Counted from the first letter of the stretch, positions 33,300 through 47,880 are shown. The stretch: DNA of 64,000 nucleotides from Basidiobolus meristosporus CBS 931.73 (GCA_002104905.1 MCFE01000192.1:62001-126000); one strand, 5' to 3'. A program made the numbers and translations. Notes: generated by a model not told the origin, from the sequence alone.

Positions 33300-35230
33300 G
33301 ATGGACTTCTGCAGTGCAGCTAGCAAAATATCATGCTGATATTATCCTTATACTGCTATTTGTCAATAGTGACATGACATTTATATCAGAGAATGCCAGC
33401 ATAGCAGAGTCCCAAACTTGCATCAAATCACCACCATATAAGTAAAGAATTGGTTGCATTCTGGTATATTCAATCAATACCTCTACTTAAGAAGCTCATG
33501 CAATCCCACAAATATTGTGATTATATAGAGTACTACACTCAATAATAATCAAGTTTATACATTTCTTATAAGTTTTTTAGCAAACATTATAAGCAGTCAA
33601 CCAGTGCAATGGATGGTACTGCTCTTAGATGTGTAATATTTGGGGCACTTACTCCATTATGCACACACCCACATTGATTTTACCTCAACACCAAAGCTAC
33701 AAATACCTTCTGTCTGCAGGGAAGATGTACAGAAGTCACCATGCAATTGCAATAAAGCTGGCAAGCTATAAGCCATTGGCCAGAATACAAACTAACTGAG
33801 AATCATAGATACAGAGAATTTGATGGGGCAAACACTTTACACTGGGAAAAATGCATTTGGACCTTGTGAGAACTCAGCTACGGATAGTTAAGTTGCACAG
33901 GGCACAGCTTAATATCAATAAGCTCTTTGAGGTGGTATTGAAGCTGGAAAGAATTCACAAAACATCTCATTGTATCTATTCCCCAGGATACATCTCAGTG
34001 ACTCCAGCTAAAGCTGTTGCAACTATGTAATAATGCAAATACAGCAATTGCATGAGCTGAGTGTGTATTTAATAAAGGTATGTTGTGAAGCAATTTCTAT
34101 ATAGATCACAGTTTAAGCATTGAGGCTTCTATGTCAACATTGCAGGGATATTAATCACAGAGTAGCTCACTAATACCAATTTTGAGCACCTACAACTTTT
34201 GTGCAAGGAGTCTGTAATAGGATCTGAGTAGCTTTACAACAGGCACAAGCTGAAATGATAGATCTTCACCACTACTGTATCCAGATTCTAATATGCTGTG
34301 CTTGATGTATAGAGAACATTGCCTATGCCTCACCTTTTGGAAGTTTCATATGGAGAAGATGTGTACGGAGATGGGGGAAAAGTCAGGTTCAAACACTGCA
34401 ACATTTATTTGCATCTTACTATTTCCTTCAAGTCTGTCATGGGCTTAATAAACTGGCACATTTAGGATAGCCCCAGAAAATTGAAATGTAAGGAGCAAAG
34501 ATGTGAGCATACTGACACATAGGCCTGTGGTGTTAGGAAGCTAGGCAGCCTCTACACATGGGTATTCAGTCATGTAGACCAAGGGTAGATTAAAACAACA
34601 AGCAACTAGTATAAGTAAGAGCAACTTCACCAAGGTTAGGCAGATATCTCCTTGGGAGAGTCAAATCACCACAGCTTTCAACATCAAATTATTATAAAAA
34701 AGAATTATGTACATCTATAAGTTCAACTAAAGTCTAGAAGGGCAAAGTAGTATACAGTCTAAGTACTGAGAGTTATTTTGCAGAGATTTAAGAGATAATC
34801 ATGGCCAAAGCAGTGGCAACCAAGTACACACCTGCAAGATGGGTATATTGCCAGCTATTCAAGATATATGACAAATTTGCCAGTATCATACTGAATGGCT
34901 GTAAAGTCAAGGAAATACAAGTCTATTAATTGCTGCATATGTGCACACTTATAGATATTGATCAGCATGAGGCTCTAGTACCTTGCAACTATATCTGGGA
35001 CTCCCATATTGTCAGTGGGTAATCTCACTTAGAGGTATGATTTACAGTGGAATATATGAGTGAGAAAAAGGAAGGTAAGTAAGTTAGTTACCATCTGATA
35101 AGCAGCTATGTAGACATTTTGTAGAACCAGCAGTAGGCTGCCAAGTTGCTGTGGTAAAGCCTATAGATGCTGGCATACAGGCTAGCAAAATGCCATTAAG
35201 ATTCTTGCCTTATAAGATAACCATATTTAA
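33300..35230 (+). mobile_element. Highly decayed CACTA-like transposase region
   Basis: Patchy similarity to 27800-29800. Confidence 0.6.
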
Positions 35231-35269
35231 AGGCTAGGTAGGTCTTGTCAGATACATCCAGGATACATT

Positions 35270-36192
35270 GCCTATGAAGAATTATTGTGATGATCTCATC
35301 AAAACACTGTTGCAAAATCTGAATCCTATAACTAAGAGGTGTTGATGTCATCAGGACCTAATGCAAGCAACCATTAGAAAATTTCACCTCAGACTTCACA
35401 GAAAACTTGGTCAAAATCTTTGAGCACATCAGTATATAAGTGGCTTTTGATATGTTTTCTGTCCATTGTGTCACTTTGTGATCTTAGACACTTGATTGCC
35501 TCCAACACTTGTGTATATTGTTGGCAATTGACTTTTTTCACCCTCCTTACTTCCTGACTCAAATATTGCTCATATTTATCATTCATCCAAACTTGTTTGT
35601 TTCTGTTCAGTCTTCAGTTGTCACTCAATTCCAATTTTACTGACATATAAGTCCCTATACCCAACACTAACATTAAGCCCAACCTCTCACTCATCAAGTG
35701 ACTCTATTAGAATTCACTATTCAATCAGTATTTCTACCATCACACTCCTTACCCATAATTTAAGCAGGAACACTATGGCTATATGCCAGTGTTCAATCAC
35801 TGATTCTCATATGTCCTGGTATTCACCTGGCTCTGCAAGGTCTGGCATCTCAGCTGCCAGTTCTTGCACTACATCATTTCAGTATACAAATCTATTTTCT
35901 TAAGCACTACTCTTGAAGTGCTTCAACCTCTTGGGTGCCTATTAAGGTTCCAAAATTTCACCGTAGGAATTATCATTGTCTTCTGAGTCCTTCATGATGT
36001 TGCTTTGTCTGTTGGCAGGATCTCCACTCTGACTACAATGCAGGATGTGGAGGCTGTAGTAGACAGATTGCCTGTATCTGCTAGCTCATGTATAGCACTG
36101 GAGTGCAGCTCAACTAGTGGCACTTCTAACTCTTGAGAAAGAAGCTGTTATATGGTTGCAACATGCTCCTGGTGTTTAGCTGCAGGACACTT
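35270..36192. mobile_element. CACTA-like fragment (ORF1-side terminus and ORF1 3' part)
   Basis: gcctatgaagaattattgtg terminus; aligns with 25060-25960. Confidence 0.7.
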
Positions 36193-38503
36193 CCCTATGA
36201 AAAATAATTTGGTCCTGTGGGTGGATCCAATCAGGATCAGCTGTTAGGATCCCATTAAGGGACCATCATAATACCAGCAGCTTGGAATTAGTGACCCTCT
36301 TAACAATCTTATGACATGATCACAACAGCATTTGCTAATTTTCCTACAAAATAAAGTGTTAAAACTTGATAGGGCTTGATTGGTGCTGTGACAATAATTG
36401 CATGTATTGTTGTGGTCTTATTGCGCTCTACAACTATTGTAAATGGATCCAACTGGCCAGGTTATCTAATTGCATTATATGGCAAGATATTTCAAAGTAT
36501 CTTAGTGATCTCTAAACAAAACTCTGATAGTATTATATCAGCAGTATGGCAGCCTACAGCTAGCTCAGTATAATGCTACCATACTAATTTACCAAATGGA
36601 ATTTTCAATTTCTACCTCCCCTTGTGCAGTTTATATACTCCACCATAGAATCACCACTCTTTATTTGCTTACCCACTACTACCTTGGGTATTCCACATAT
36701 AGCTTGAATCAAAAAAACTATGACCTCCTGCTCACTAACCTCTACAAATGAGCACTCCTGCTGCAATTGATATACTTCAATCACCTCAACTTTACAGCTT
36801 TTTAGTGTGATACTTGCCAAGTTGCCATATACCTTGTACTGCTGGTAACATATACATCTTGCAAACATATGCTTGGTTGTGTGACTTCTGCCATGAATAC
36901 CTCCTGACTATCCACAAAGAACTTCTTGGTATTTAGCCAATTTATTCATTCTCCCTGCTGGATTCTAGTCCCCCTTATGGGTGTGCTCTGGCACTTGCTT
37001 GTGTGGATTCCAAATTGCATGGTGTAGAAGTTGGCTTATGACCAGGAGAAATCTGGCATACCTTGGTAGAGTTTACCTAATATAAATTAGTTGCTTGTGG
37101 CACCCAACCCAACTTTGCATTACTTAACTGAATACCCACACCTTGGGGCTGCTTATCTTCTTAATGCCATAGGCATATGTATCTCCATGTGCACATCTGT
37201 CCTGAGTATTTTCCAACTCCTCCTGGCTGTCCTTCATGTGCCAACACATCACATCCATGACAGACTTGAAGGTAATATTCTTGATGAGATTGGGATATGA
37301 TAGTACCTGCAACTTGGCTTGTTTTCATATCTCCCCACACAACCGCTCCATAGGAAACTCCCAAAAGGTGAAGCAAGGCCCAATATTATCCACACACTGT
37401 GCAAGATGGAGTAGAGAATGGATACAGTAGTGATAGAGATCTATGCATTCAGCTTTATATTTGTAGTATGGCCACTCAAATCCCATTAAAAACTCCTTGC
37501 ACAACAGCTCTAGATGTGTCAAGTTAGGATTGGTGATCTGCTTCTGGATAGTTATTCCTACAGTGTCCACATATAACTCCCAATGCTGCCAATGTACTCT
37601 TGGTAGAAATGGCTTCAGAACACCACTTTAATAAATACATATCTAGTTCATCTAGTTGTTGCATTTGTATTGTTGCATATGCATATGAATATTGATTGGA
37701 GCCTGTGAGAAGTACTAAGGGTAGTGGATACTCTATAATATCTTGCCAGTTCTTTCAAATTTCTCCAGCATCTTGAAGGGCTCATATAGCTTAAAATGCC
37801 CCATGTACAACTTGGTCATCAGTATAGGGATATTGTTGAAAAGCAAGTGCATTGCTCCCAGTGGAAAGCCTTAGCTCTGACAGATACCCTCAATGTCTAG
37901 TATATCTGGTTTCCAATTGATTCCATATTTCAGCCAATGGCTTATAGCTTGTCTACTTTGCTGCAATTGCATGCTGACTTCTGTTTGTTCTCTCTGTGGA
38001 AAGATAATGTTCTTGGTGTTGGTCTTTAGGTAATAATAATGTGTGAGTTAAGGAGTATATCCTGGATCTCACACATTCAACAGCAATACCATCCATTGTG
38101 CCCAAAAAACCTGCTATATTGCTGATGGCTGGGGTATTTCCAATGCAGATAATAATATGCACTTTTACATGACAGTCATTTACTGTTATCCTACTGAAAA
38201 GCATACAAAATTCATCCAGTAATGGATACAGGTAGCTATCCAGGTTGGAGAGTGATTTAGGCCCAGATACCAGAGAGACTACCATCAGATTATTGCTCTA
38301 ATACTGTAAGATGGGTGGAGGATTCAGATTGATGAGAATCAGTGGCCAGCAGGATTTGCATGTAGAGTACTTGTTTAATGGCAATCCATCAAGTGCTAAG
38401 GCAAAGGCATGGTCATACATACCTTCAAAGTAGCCCTTGCTTCTTAGCTGTTTGTAATGTTTGCCATCAAATATATTGGATATATTTGCACTTGATTGAT
38501 ACT

Positions 38504-39234
38504 AGACATGTTCCATTGGATAGTGCCACACTGAGCCATGAGTACCAAATGATGCCATAGTGTGCCAGGGAGGCAAAATGAACCTATACTTGGCCACAGA
38601 GTGTGAAACAGAGCTCTGCATCTTCATGTAAAGCAGCCCTTGTGTTTCACCTATGACACAGGCAAAAGTCCATTTTTGACCTTTTTTTTTAGGTCAATGT
38701 TGTGCAGGATGTGTAAGAGCACAGAAGAACTGAAGACATGCATCAGGTATTCAATACCCATGGCACTCAGAATCTAACTCCTGTGGCTTGTAACATGTCA
38801 CAAAAATACATGGCACTATCTTGGTCCACTGGGACTATCTGGCACTATATTTAATTATTAGCCCTAAAGTAAGATCTATACAAAGCACTTATAGTGCCAG
38901 AAAGTCCCAGTGGACCAAGATAGTGCCATGAATTTTTGTGACATGTTACAAGCCACAGGAGTTAGATTCAGAGTACCATGGGTATTGAGTACCTGATGCA
39001 TGTCTTCAATGCTTTTATGCTCTTACACATCCTGCACAACATTGACCTAAAAAAAAGGTCAAAAATGGATTTTCTCCAACACTATGGGTGAAACACAGGG
39101 GCTGATTTGCATGAAGATGTAGATTTATGTTTCACACATTGTGGCCAAGAATATGCTTATTTGGCCTCCCTGGCACACTATGGCATCATTTGGCGCTCAT
39201 GGCTCAATGTGGCACTATCCAACAGAACAAGTCT
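38504..39234. mobile_element. 731-bp foldback/MITE-like palindromic insertion
   Basis: Inverted arms of about 345 bp around a spacer of about 40 bp; ACT on both sides. Removing it restores gatACTgag as in the uninterrupted transposase copy. Confidence 0.85.
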
Positions 39235-40459
39235 ACTGAGTGCAGTACTGTATAGCTTTGCTATATTAGTTGAGCTGCATCAGCTTCCTCAGACAGGGTA
39301 ATATTGGAGTATATCCAGAGTGTGAACAATGTTTTCCCTCAATTGTGGTGGATTCCTGACAATTTGGACACATTGCAATGGTAACATTTTTGGATGTGAA
39401 TGCTATCAACTGTTAACACATGCTGGAATCAGGACAGTCTCTGGATCATATGTTGCCAGCTGCATGATGGTTGTCCACTTGTACCATGTACATGGTAAGT
39501 TGCATTCCAGAATGATTTAGGCAAGAAGTAGCAGTAAATCCCCAAAGCCCACATTACTGATATTAGCAGAAATACATCACTTCTCCAGTCACAGCATTAC
39601 ATCACTCACCAGTAGATGGATTACTGGGCTCACTTAGCTCCATAAAGTATCCTTGGCATTTGTTTCAACAGGTGTTGTCTCATTGCATATTAGAATCTGA
39701 CTGGGCTCATAAGTGGTACTGTTGCTGGGGAGATAGGCTCACAATCCATCAGTGAACCTTCTTTGTCAGAGCTATCACTCTGTGTACCATATTCAGAAGG
39801 CGGAGGCAAGCCTAAAGGCATCACACACTCACCTGACTCAGTTTGCGTAATGTGACAAAGACAGCCTGGTGCCAATGTAGAAGTATCAACTGGCCGGCAA
39901 GTTAATGTAGGTACAGTAGTGACCAATGAATGGTCAAATATGACTTGTGTAGCAAAACACTGGCTGTGATCCTTGTAATACTTTCTATGCTGTCTGCGTG
40001 CTTCATTGCTGGGTGGCTAGCTACAATAGCCATAAAGTCATTATTCTCTTCTCTTTCAGCATTGAGTCAAAGTAGTCTTGTCCATGGGGCAAACAGCTCA
40101 ACATTCAATAATGTAACACTTTTATATCACTTTTTGGTCAATACTCATGTGAATTTGGGACATTGTACCTATAGAGTAAGCATTTTGACTAAAGTTGTGG
40201 CACCACATACACATGTATATATAACACTATTTCCCCTTTGGTTTGACACACTTCCATATATATGCCACCAAAAAATAAAGCAAAGTTGTCTGGTTTCTAA
40301 CTAAACCCCACCACTGATGGCAAAAGAACAACAATGAGACCACAACTTGCTTTGACATTCAGTGCAACAAGCAGGGCTACATCCAAAAAAGAACATGTTT
40401 ACAGTGTGCCCACTGAAGGTAATAATGCGGACGCCTCAGGCTCTCAGTCAAGTAGGTAA

Positions 40460-42230
40460 TTGAGAACCTCTGCAGAGCCACAAGCTGACTGTTATGCCCA
40501 GGCAGATGAGAATGTAGCAAACACAGTCCCCTCAGTTGAAGACCTGCAAGTGGCTGTCATAACATCACCACCACCAACATTAGCAAGTATGTTGTTGGCT
40601 CACACCAAAGCATTAATGAAGCAATTAGATGCAGTGGCTGACAGGATAAATGCAATGGCGTAGAGAAGTCATAAAATAACCCAGAAACAGAATGAGCAGA
40701 TAATATGTGTAGTGCAATCAATATCCCTGGTAGAGAAAGCAGTATCTTTGCTGCAAAGAAGGAACTCAAGTATGTCAACGTCACAGCCAAGAATTGAGCC
40801 ATTTCCCAATGTAACAGCAGAGGAACACTGTAGAGCCTTTTAAGCAAAACAACAGTCTTTGAAGCAAAACAACAGTGCCAAAAGATAAGGCCACAGAAAA
40901 GCCTATCACAGCATGGGAGGGAGACAATGTGGTGTTTATACCAAACCCTAAAAATCAAAAGACATTGAAGATCCATGAAGCCGCTGAGTGCAATAATGAA
41001 GAGTGGGCAAATACTCAAAAGTCCATCAGAAGTCTAGCATGCCATCACCTTAAGGCTGGCAAACCATGGGACCACCAGGAACTCAAGGCCAAGCAGAATG
41101 CACTTGACTTGTTCCATGAGCATTATCCTGGATTCAAACAGGCAAGTGGATTTTGGACCAGCATTGGTATGCTAAAAAAGTATCTTAAGAGTAGCAGAAA
41201 CTATCAAAGGCAGAAGAACAAGGGTACCATGGCTAAATACCAGCGGCTTCCTCAAGAGCCTGTTACAAGCAGAACCAAAAGCTCCGGACAAGTGTCAAAG
41301 AGATGTCAGGTAGCTGGAAGAGTGCCAATTAGGGACAAGCAGGCAAACACAGATGCACCAGGACAACATTTATCAAGGAAAAAGCTTAGTACCACTCAAC
41401 AAGCCCTCAGTGAAAGTAGCAGTGAAGGGCTGGCAGTGATAAAACCAGTGGCTTTTACAGGAGCCTGTCACAACTACAGTTGAGAGCTCAAAACAAGCAG
41501 AAAAAAAACATCAGTTTACGGGAAGAGTGCCAACAAGGGACAAGCTGGCCAAAACAGATGTGTCAGAGCAGAATTTATCAAGGAGAAAATGTAGTTCATT
41601 ACAAGAAGCACTCAGACAAAGTATCAATGAAAGACCTGGCAGTGATTAAGGAAAAGGTAAAGGGAAAAATGTATACCAAAGCCTGAAACAGGGAGGCACG
41701 CAAAAAAAACTGCAGTTCTTGCCAATTAACACTGCAAGCCTTATTCAAACTGAATCCTTTCATAGCCAAGAAAATTACCAGCAGGAAAGAAACTGTTTTC
41801 ACAAGAGTTGGAAGCACAGCCAGTTGGGCTACACCTCAGCAAGATAGATGAGTTTGCAGAACAAGGCAATATGTCTACCACAGCCTCCACATCCTCCATT
41901 GCTGACAGAGTCAAGATCCCAATGACAGACAAGGCTACAACTTCAAAAACTCAAAAGACTATCACAATGTCTTCAGTAAAATTTTGGAACATCATAGGAA
42001 TACTAAGAGATTGCAGCACTTCTTCAAGAGCAGTGCTTCAAAAAATTCACTTGAATATTGCAAGGATTTATTGCCAAGACTGGCAGATGAGGTGCTAGAC
42101 CATGCAGTGCTGGCTGGAGACCCAGACTTGTGGTGACCAGTTAATCAACAGCGGCATAAAGCCATTGGGATTCTGCCAAAGTCATGGAACCAGAGTGTTA
42201 CAGCAGAAATACTTATTGAGTGGTGGATTT
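40460..42230 (+). pseudogene. Accessory ORF1 of the CACTA-like element, best-preserved copy
   Basis: ORF pieces 40460-40663, 40875-41483, 41480-41686 and 41808-42098 are collinear with the minus-strand copy at 25.4-27.4 kb. Confidence 0.7.
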
Positions 42231-42599
42231 TAATGGTTTTACTTATTGAGTGTGGCATTGGGCTTCATGTTTGTGTAGAGTATAGGGACTTACATAGGTC
42301 AATACAATTGGCATTTGAGCTACAACAGAAGTTTCAATGGAAATAAATAAATTGCACACATGAAAAGTAAGAGAAGCGGTTGAGTCAGGAAGTAATGAGT
42401 ATGAAAAAGAGGCAATAGCCAATCAATACACACAAACATAGGAGGTGAAAGAATGTCCAGGATCAGAAAGTTTACAAACTGGTAGGGAACCAATCAAAAG
42501 CAACTTACACATTGTTGTGATAAATATTTTTGACTAAGTTTCTTGTGAAATCTGGGGAACAATTATTTTTGAATGGACTCTGGATGGTGCACTGAAAAA

Positions 42600-43288
42600 A
42601 TAGAGTACTGTACTCAGTATCTATCAAGTGGAAAAATTACAAACAGCTACAAAGCAAAGGCTACTTTGCATATATGCATGACCATTCCTTTGCGTTAGTG
42701 CTTGATGGATCTTCAGCAAGCTAGTACTCCACCTGCAAATGCTGTTGTCCACTGATTCTCATCAACCTGAATCAGTTTCCAATTTTATTATAGCAAAGCA
42801 GAAGTTCTATAGTTGTCTCTGGTATCTGGGCCTAAATCACCACCTAATCTGGATAGTTACCTGTATACATTCTTGGGGGATGTTGCATGCTTTACACCAG
42901 GACACTGGCAAATGGCCATTATATCAAAGTATGTGTTATTGCATGCATTGGAGACCCCCCATCCATCATCAAGACAACTAACTTTTTTGAGCATAATGAA
43001 TGGTATTGCTGTGAATTGCATGAGATTCAGTGCAGTTGCTTCATAACTCATCCCTTGATATTATACAAATACCAATACTAAGAACATAACTTTCCCACAA
43101 AGAGAATGCGCAAAAGTCAGCATGCAATTGCAGCAAGGTGACAAGCTTTAAGCCATTGGCCAGATTATGAAATTTATCAAAAACTAGAGATACTTACAGC
43201 AGAGGAGATCTGTTAGAGCATAAGTTTCCACAGAGAGCAATGCCCTTGCTCTCCAACAATATGCCTACTCTAATGACCAAACTATACT
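42600..43288 (+). mobile_element. CACTA-like transposase fragment
   Basis: Aligns with 28040-28640 (SGPKSPPNLDSYLY, IGDPP). Confidence 0.7.
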
Positions 43289-43699
43289 TGTTATCAACAT
43301 TTGTCATACACCTAGATGTTCACCTGACTCAGTCATTACTTGCAGCTCTTTGTAAATACCAACCAAATCTCTTGTAGGGATTTAGAATATTTTGTCCAAA
43401 ACATCAGATACCCATATTACAAAATTTCTCAAAGTTATCTAAACCACCCCAAGCATTGCTCATATGCTCCTGGGACCTTCCTAAAAATACTTGAAATGTT
43501 TTTTATTGCAAGACCATGCAGATGTATAAATACTACTTTACATCAGATAAATGAGTTCCACATAATCTAATAGCTCTCCCAAACACTTCCAATATCTCCA
43601 AGACTCTCAGACAGAGTATGGACCCAAACCTGTGACTCTCTGCAATGGTGACTACTGCCATATTTGAATTTCCCCTCTGCTGAAAATTTGATTTGATCT
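43289..43699 (+). mobile_element. 5' LTR (43289-43613), PBS and leader of an older copia family A element
   Basis: Diverged LTR ending ctcagaca, PBS-like gagtatggaccc, leader homologous to 44049-44135. Confidence 0.75.
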
Positions 43700-44048
43700 T
43701 GTTGTAAAAATTTGTACTTCCACCTAAATATTCACCTAACTTAGTCACTTAGATCATTTTCTTCAAATCCTAGAGAATGCCTACCAAATTCCTTGTTGGG
43801 ATTTGCTTAGAATATTTTCACCAAAATGCCAGGTACCCACAACATGAGAATTCTCAAAGTTGTCCAAACAGCCCCAAATTTTGCACAAATGTTCTTGGGA
43901 CCTTGCTCAGCCTATTCTACATGTTTTTAATGCTAAGACCATGTAAAAGTATAAATACTACTTTTACATTCAATAAGTAATTAAGTGAAAGCCACATAAT
44001 CTACTTGTCCTCCCAATCACTTCTAATATCTCCAAGACTCTTACAACA
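43700..44048 (+). repeat. 5' LTR, copia A
   Basis: TGTTGTAAAA...TTACAACA; roughly 10 percent diverged from the 3' LTR by eye. Confidence 0.93.
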
Positions 44049-47000
44049 GGTTATGAGCCACAAGCTGTCACTCTCTGCAATGTCTACTACTGCTAATACT
44101 GGAATTTTACCCTCTGCTGAAAAGTTGGAAGGATCTAACTACCAAGTGAGAAGGTGAAGATGAAAATGCTGCTACAAGAAAGAGACCTTTGGAATATTGT
44201 CATGGGAGAAAAATGCCCTCCTAAAAATGTGGGAGGGGAAGCCTTAAAGTACCAGAAGAAAGAACAAATTGCCTTTAACTGCATTTGCCTCAATGTTAAG
44301 GACAGATTGATAATTGAATGCTCAAGAGCAAATATGGCCAAGAATGCCTTCCAGGCATTAGAAGACACCTACCAGTCATGTTCAGCTGCTAAGAAAATGT
44401 ATCTGAGACAAAAATTCTTTACTATGAAGATGCTGCCAGGAGAAGAAATGAAAAATCTAATTGACAGAATTACCCTGCTGGTAGATGAAGTGGAATCTGT
44501 GGGCATACCAACTACTGATGAGGATGTAATAGTTATCATCCTGAATAGCCTGACAGATGATTTTCAGGGCCTGTATCAACCCTAGAGTCCAGAACTGAAG
44601 ATTTGATCTTATATTACGCATATGGAAGGCTCCTGGATGAAGAATTAAGAAAATCAAGCGCCAATAAAAAGGAAGAAAAATATGCTTTGATAAGCAATGA
44701 TAACCAGCAAAGGAGGCACCCAAGACCCTACAATGGCAACAACAATCTGTTTTGCAACTATTGCAAAAGGAAAAGACACACATTAGACTGGTGACTCAAA
44801 AAGAGATAATAAGCAAAAGAAGCCTGAATATGGAAATGCTGCAACAACTGAAGATAGACTATTCATATTTGCACTCAATATGATCACAAACACTTGATGC
44901 AGTGGCCAAAGGAACTATCCAAGTATACCTTAGAAGCAGGGAAGGAAGCCATACACTGACCTTTAAAGAAGTACTCTGTGTACCAGAAATAGCCAAGAAC
45001 CTACTATCTGTAAGCAAGGCCACAGCCGAAGGACTCAGTTTCAGCTTTGACAATTCTGGATGCCAGATCACTGATCAAAATGGTACCCATATTATTTTGA
45101 GTATCAGACACCAGAATCTATACAAGTTGACTTATATTCCATCATATTTGAAAGCCAATATAAGTAACTTAAATGAAGAAACACCAATACTTTGGCACAG
45201 GATATTTGGGCACATCAATTTTGATTATTTGTGCAAAATGATCAAAGATCAGCTAATTTCTGGATTAAAAATTGATCCCCCAGCTAGTTTGGAGCACTGT
45301 GAAGCCTGCATATATGGGAAACAAGCCAGACAACCGTTCAAGAGCTCTGGGTTAATTTAAACTAAGAAAAAATTAGATCTAATTCACTCAGATCTGTGTG
45401 GACCTATGCAAAATTTATCATTAGGTGGAATGAAGTATTTAATCACTTTTATTGATGATTATACAAGACACATGTGGGACTACTTCATGGAGAGAAAGGA
45501 GGAAGCTCTGTCTAGGTTCAGGGAGTCTAAAGCCATGGTGGAGAGAGAAACTGGTGAAAAAATCAAGGAAATTTGCTCTGACAATGGTTGAGCATATACC
45601 TCAAAACTCTTCATCCACTTCTGCATAATTCATGGGATAAAGCAAGAGACTACTGTACCATACTCCCCACAGCAAAATGGAGTAGCAGAATGTGCTAACA
45701 GATCAGTAACTCATATGGCAAAACCTATGATCCATGATCAAAAATTATTCTATGATTTTTGGGTGGAATCAGTTGCTAGAGCTGTACACCTTGAAAATAG
45801 GAGTTATAACGGAATGCTTTGTGATTAAACTCCATTTGATGCATGGAATGGACACAGGCCAAGTGCAGAACATCTAAGAATATATGGGTGTACAGTATAT
45901 GCCAAGAAACTGCCCTCAAATCAGTCAAATTTGAGTCAAAAAGTGTAGATGCATATTTTTGGGCTACCGCAATGAGAGTAAAGCATACAGACTCTACAAT
46001 ACCAAAGCAAAGAAGCTAATCAAGTCCAGGGATGTGTTGTCTGATGAATATTCAAAATTTTCACAAAAAATGCCGTTAGATGATGACAAAAATCTGATCT
46101 CAAGTCCACCAATTGTCAGGATTGAGTCAGAGCAAAACAATGAAACTTTTTTGCTCCAGAGGACTCTACAACCATGGTTCAGCCAGGATCGGTGCCCTGG
46201 AATATCCCAGATGTTATTATTCCAGTATCAAATGGCCAGAGATCCACTTGGAAAGAAATAGCCCAAATTGCTATATCAATGAGTGTACAAACTTAGCCTA
46301 TGCCTATTTGGTCCATATTGATGAGCCCCAGACTATAAAAGAGGCCCTAAATAGCCCTCAGACAAAGTTTTGGGGATATGCAATGACTGACAAATATCAG
46401 GCCCTGATGGAAATTCAAACTTGGACTTAGTCAAATTACCTATCAACCAAAAACCAATTGGATGCAGATGGGTCTTCAAGACAAAATACAAGGCCAATGG
46501 TACAATTGAAAGATACAAAGCAAGCCCTGTGGCCAAAGGATACTCTCAAACAAAAGAACCTGACTATACTGAGACCTTTGCACCAGTAGCCAAGTTTAAT
46601 TCCATTTCATTAATATTGGCTATTGCAGTCAAATGGATGTAAAAACTGCATATTCAAATGGAGAACTTGATAAGGACATGTAGATGAACCAGCCTGATGA
46701 ATTTGTTGACTAAGATGACCTCCATTTGGTCTGCAAGCTTAAAATGTCACTATATGGTCATAAGCAATCACCAAGAGCCTGGAATTGCAAGATAGACTCT
46801 GATTTGGAATCTTTGAGTTTCAAAGGGAGTTATGTTGACTATAGTGTATACTTTAAGGCAGATAGAGCAAGTCCAGTTCTATTAGCCCTATATGTTGATG
46901 ATCTTGTTATAGCCGCCAATAACCTAGAAACATTGGAAGAGACTAAATCCAGCCTATCTAAGGAGTTCAAGATGTCTGTTCTAGGAGAACTCAGTTACTA

Positions 47001-47880
47001 CTTAGGGATAAAGTTCCCCATAGACAGAAGTACCCAGACTACTGCTCTAAGCCAATCCAAGTCTATTCAAGATATACCAAAGAAGTACAAAATGGAAGAC
47101 TGTACACCGGCAGCTACCCCAATGGAGACAAACCTCCACTTGATCAAAACTTAATAAAATCAAGAGAACCTGGTGCCATCTGAAAGCCCCAACTTTCCTC
47201 ATCAATCTATGGCCGGCAGTCTGATGTATATCATGCTTGCAACATGCCCAGGTATCTCATATTCAGTGGGAGTTGTCAGCCAGCATAATCAGAACTATGG
47301 ATCTGATCATATTGCAGCAGTTGAGCGGATTTTTAGATACCTGAAAGGAACTGCTGATATCTACCTGAGATACACTTATAAGAACTCAGAACAGGATCTT
47401 GTGGGATACTCTTATGCTAATTGGGCACAAAATTTGGAAGTCAGAAGATTCACCACAGGATACACCTTTCTTGACTGTAAAGGAGCAATATCATGGAAAT
47501 CAAGAAAGCAACCCACCGTAGCACTTTCTACCACAGAGGCAGAGTATATGGCAGCCTGTGAAGCTACATAAGAAGCAATGTGGTAAGAACACTGCTTACA
47601 GACTTGGGCATATGTCAAAAAATGCCTATTACTTTATTTCATGATAATCAAGGATGTACACAATTAGGTAGAAATCCAACTTTCATGCTAGAACAAAGCA
47701 CATAGATATTAGACATCATTTCATATGCAAACCTATAGAGAATAACTTAATTAGCTTAGTCTACTGTCCTACAGATGAGCTGGTTGCAGACATATTTACC
47801 ATACCATTATCTAGATAAAAGTTTGAATATCTTGGGTCAAAATTAGGACTAGTGAGCATGATCATTTGGCTGAGTGGGAG

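Larger units (their letters stand above)
36193..42575 (-). mobile_element. Near-full-length CACTA-like copy, inverted relative to 25060-30068
   Basis: TIR CCCTATGAAAAATAATT at 36193, transposase on the minus strand (36.5-40.1 kb), ORF1 on the plus strand (40.4-42.2 kb); the far terminus is truncated. Confidence 0.82.

Noticed and set aside
38502-39236. TA target duplication (Tc1/mariner type) for the foldback element
   Set aside because: Excision with a TA TSD would leave three extra bases relative to the uninterrupted transposase, whereas ACT restores it exactly.
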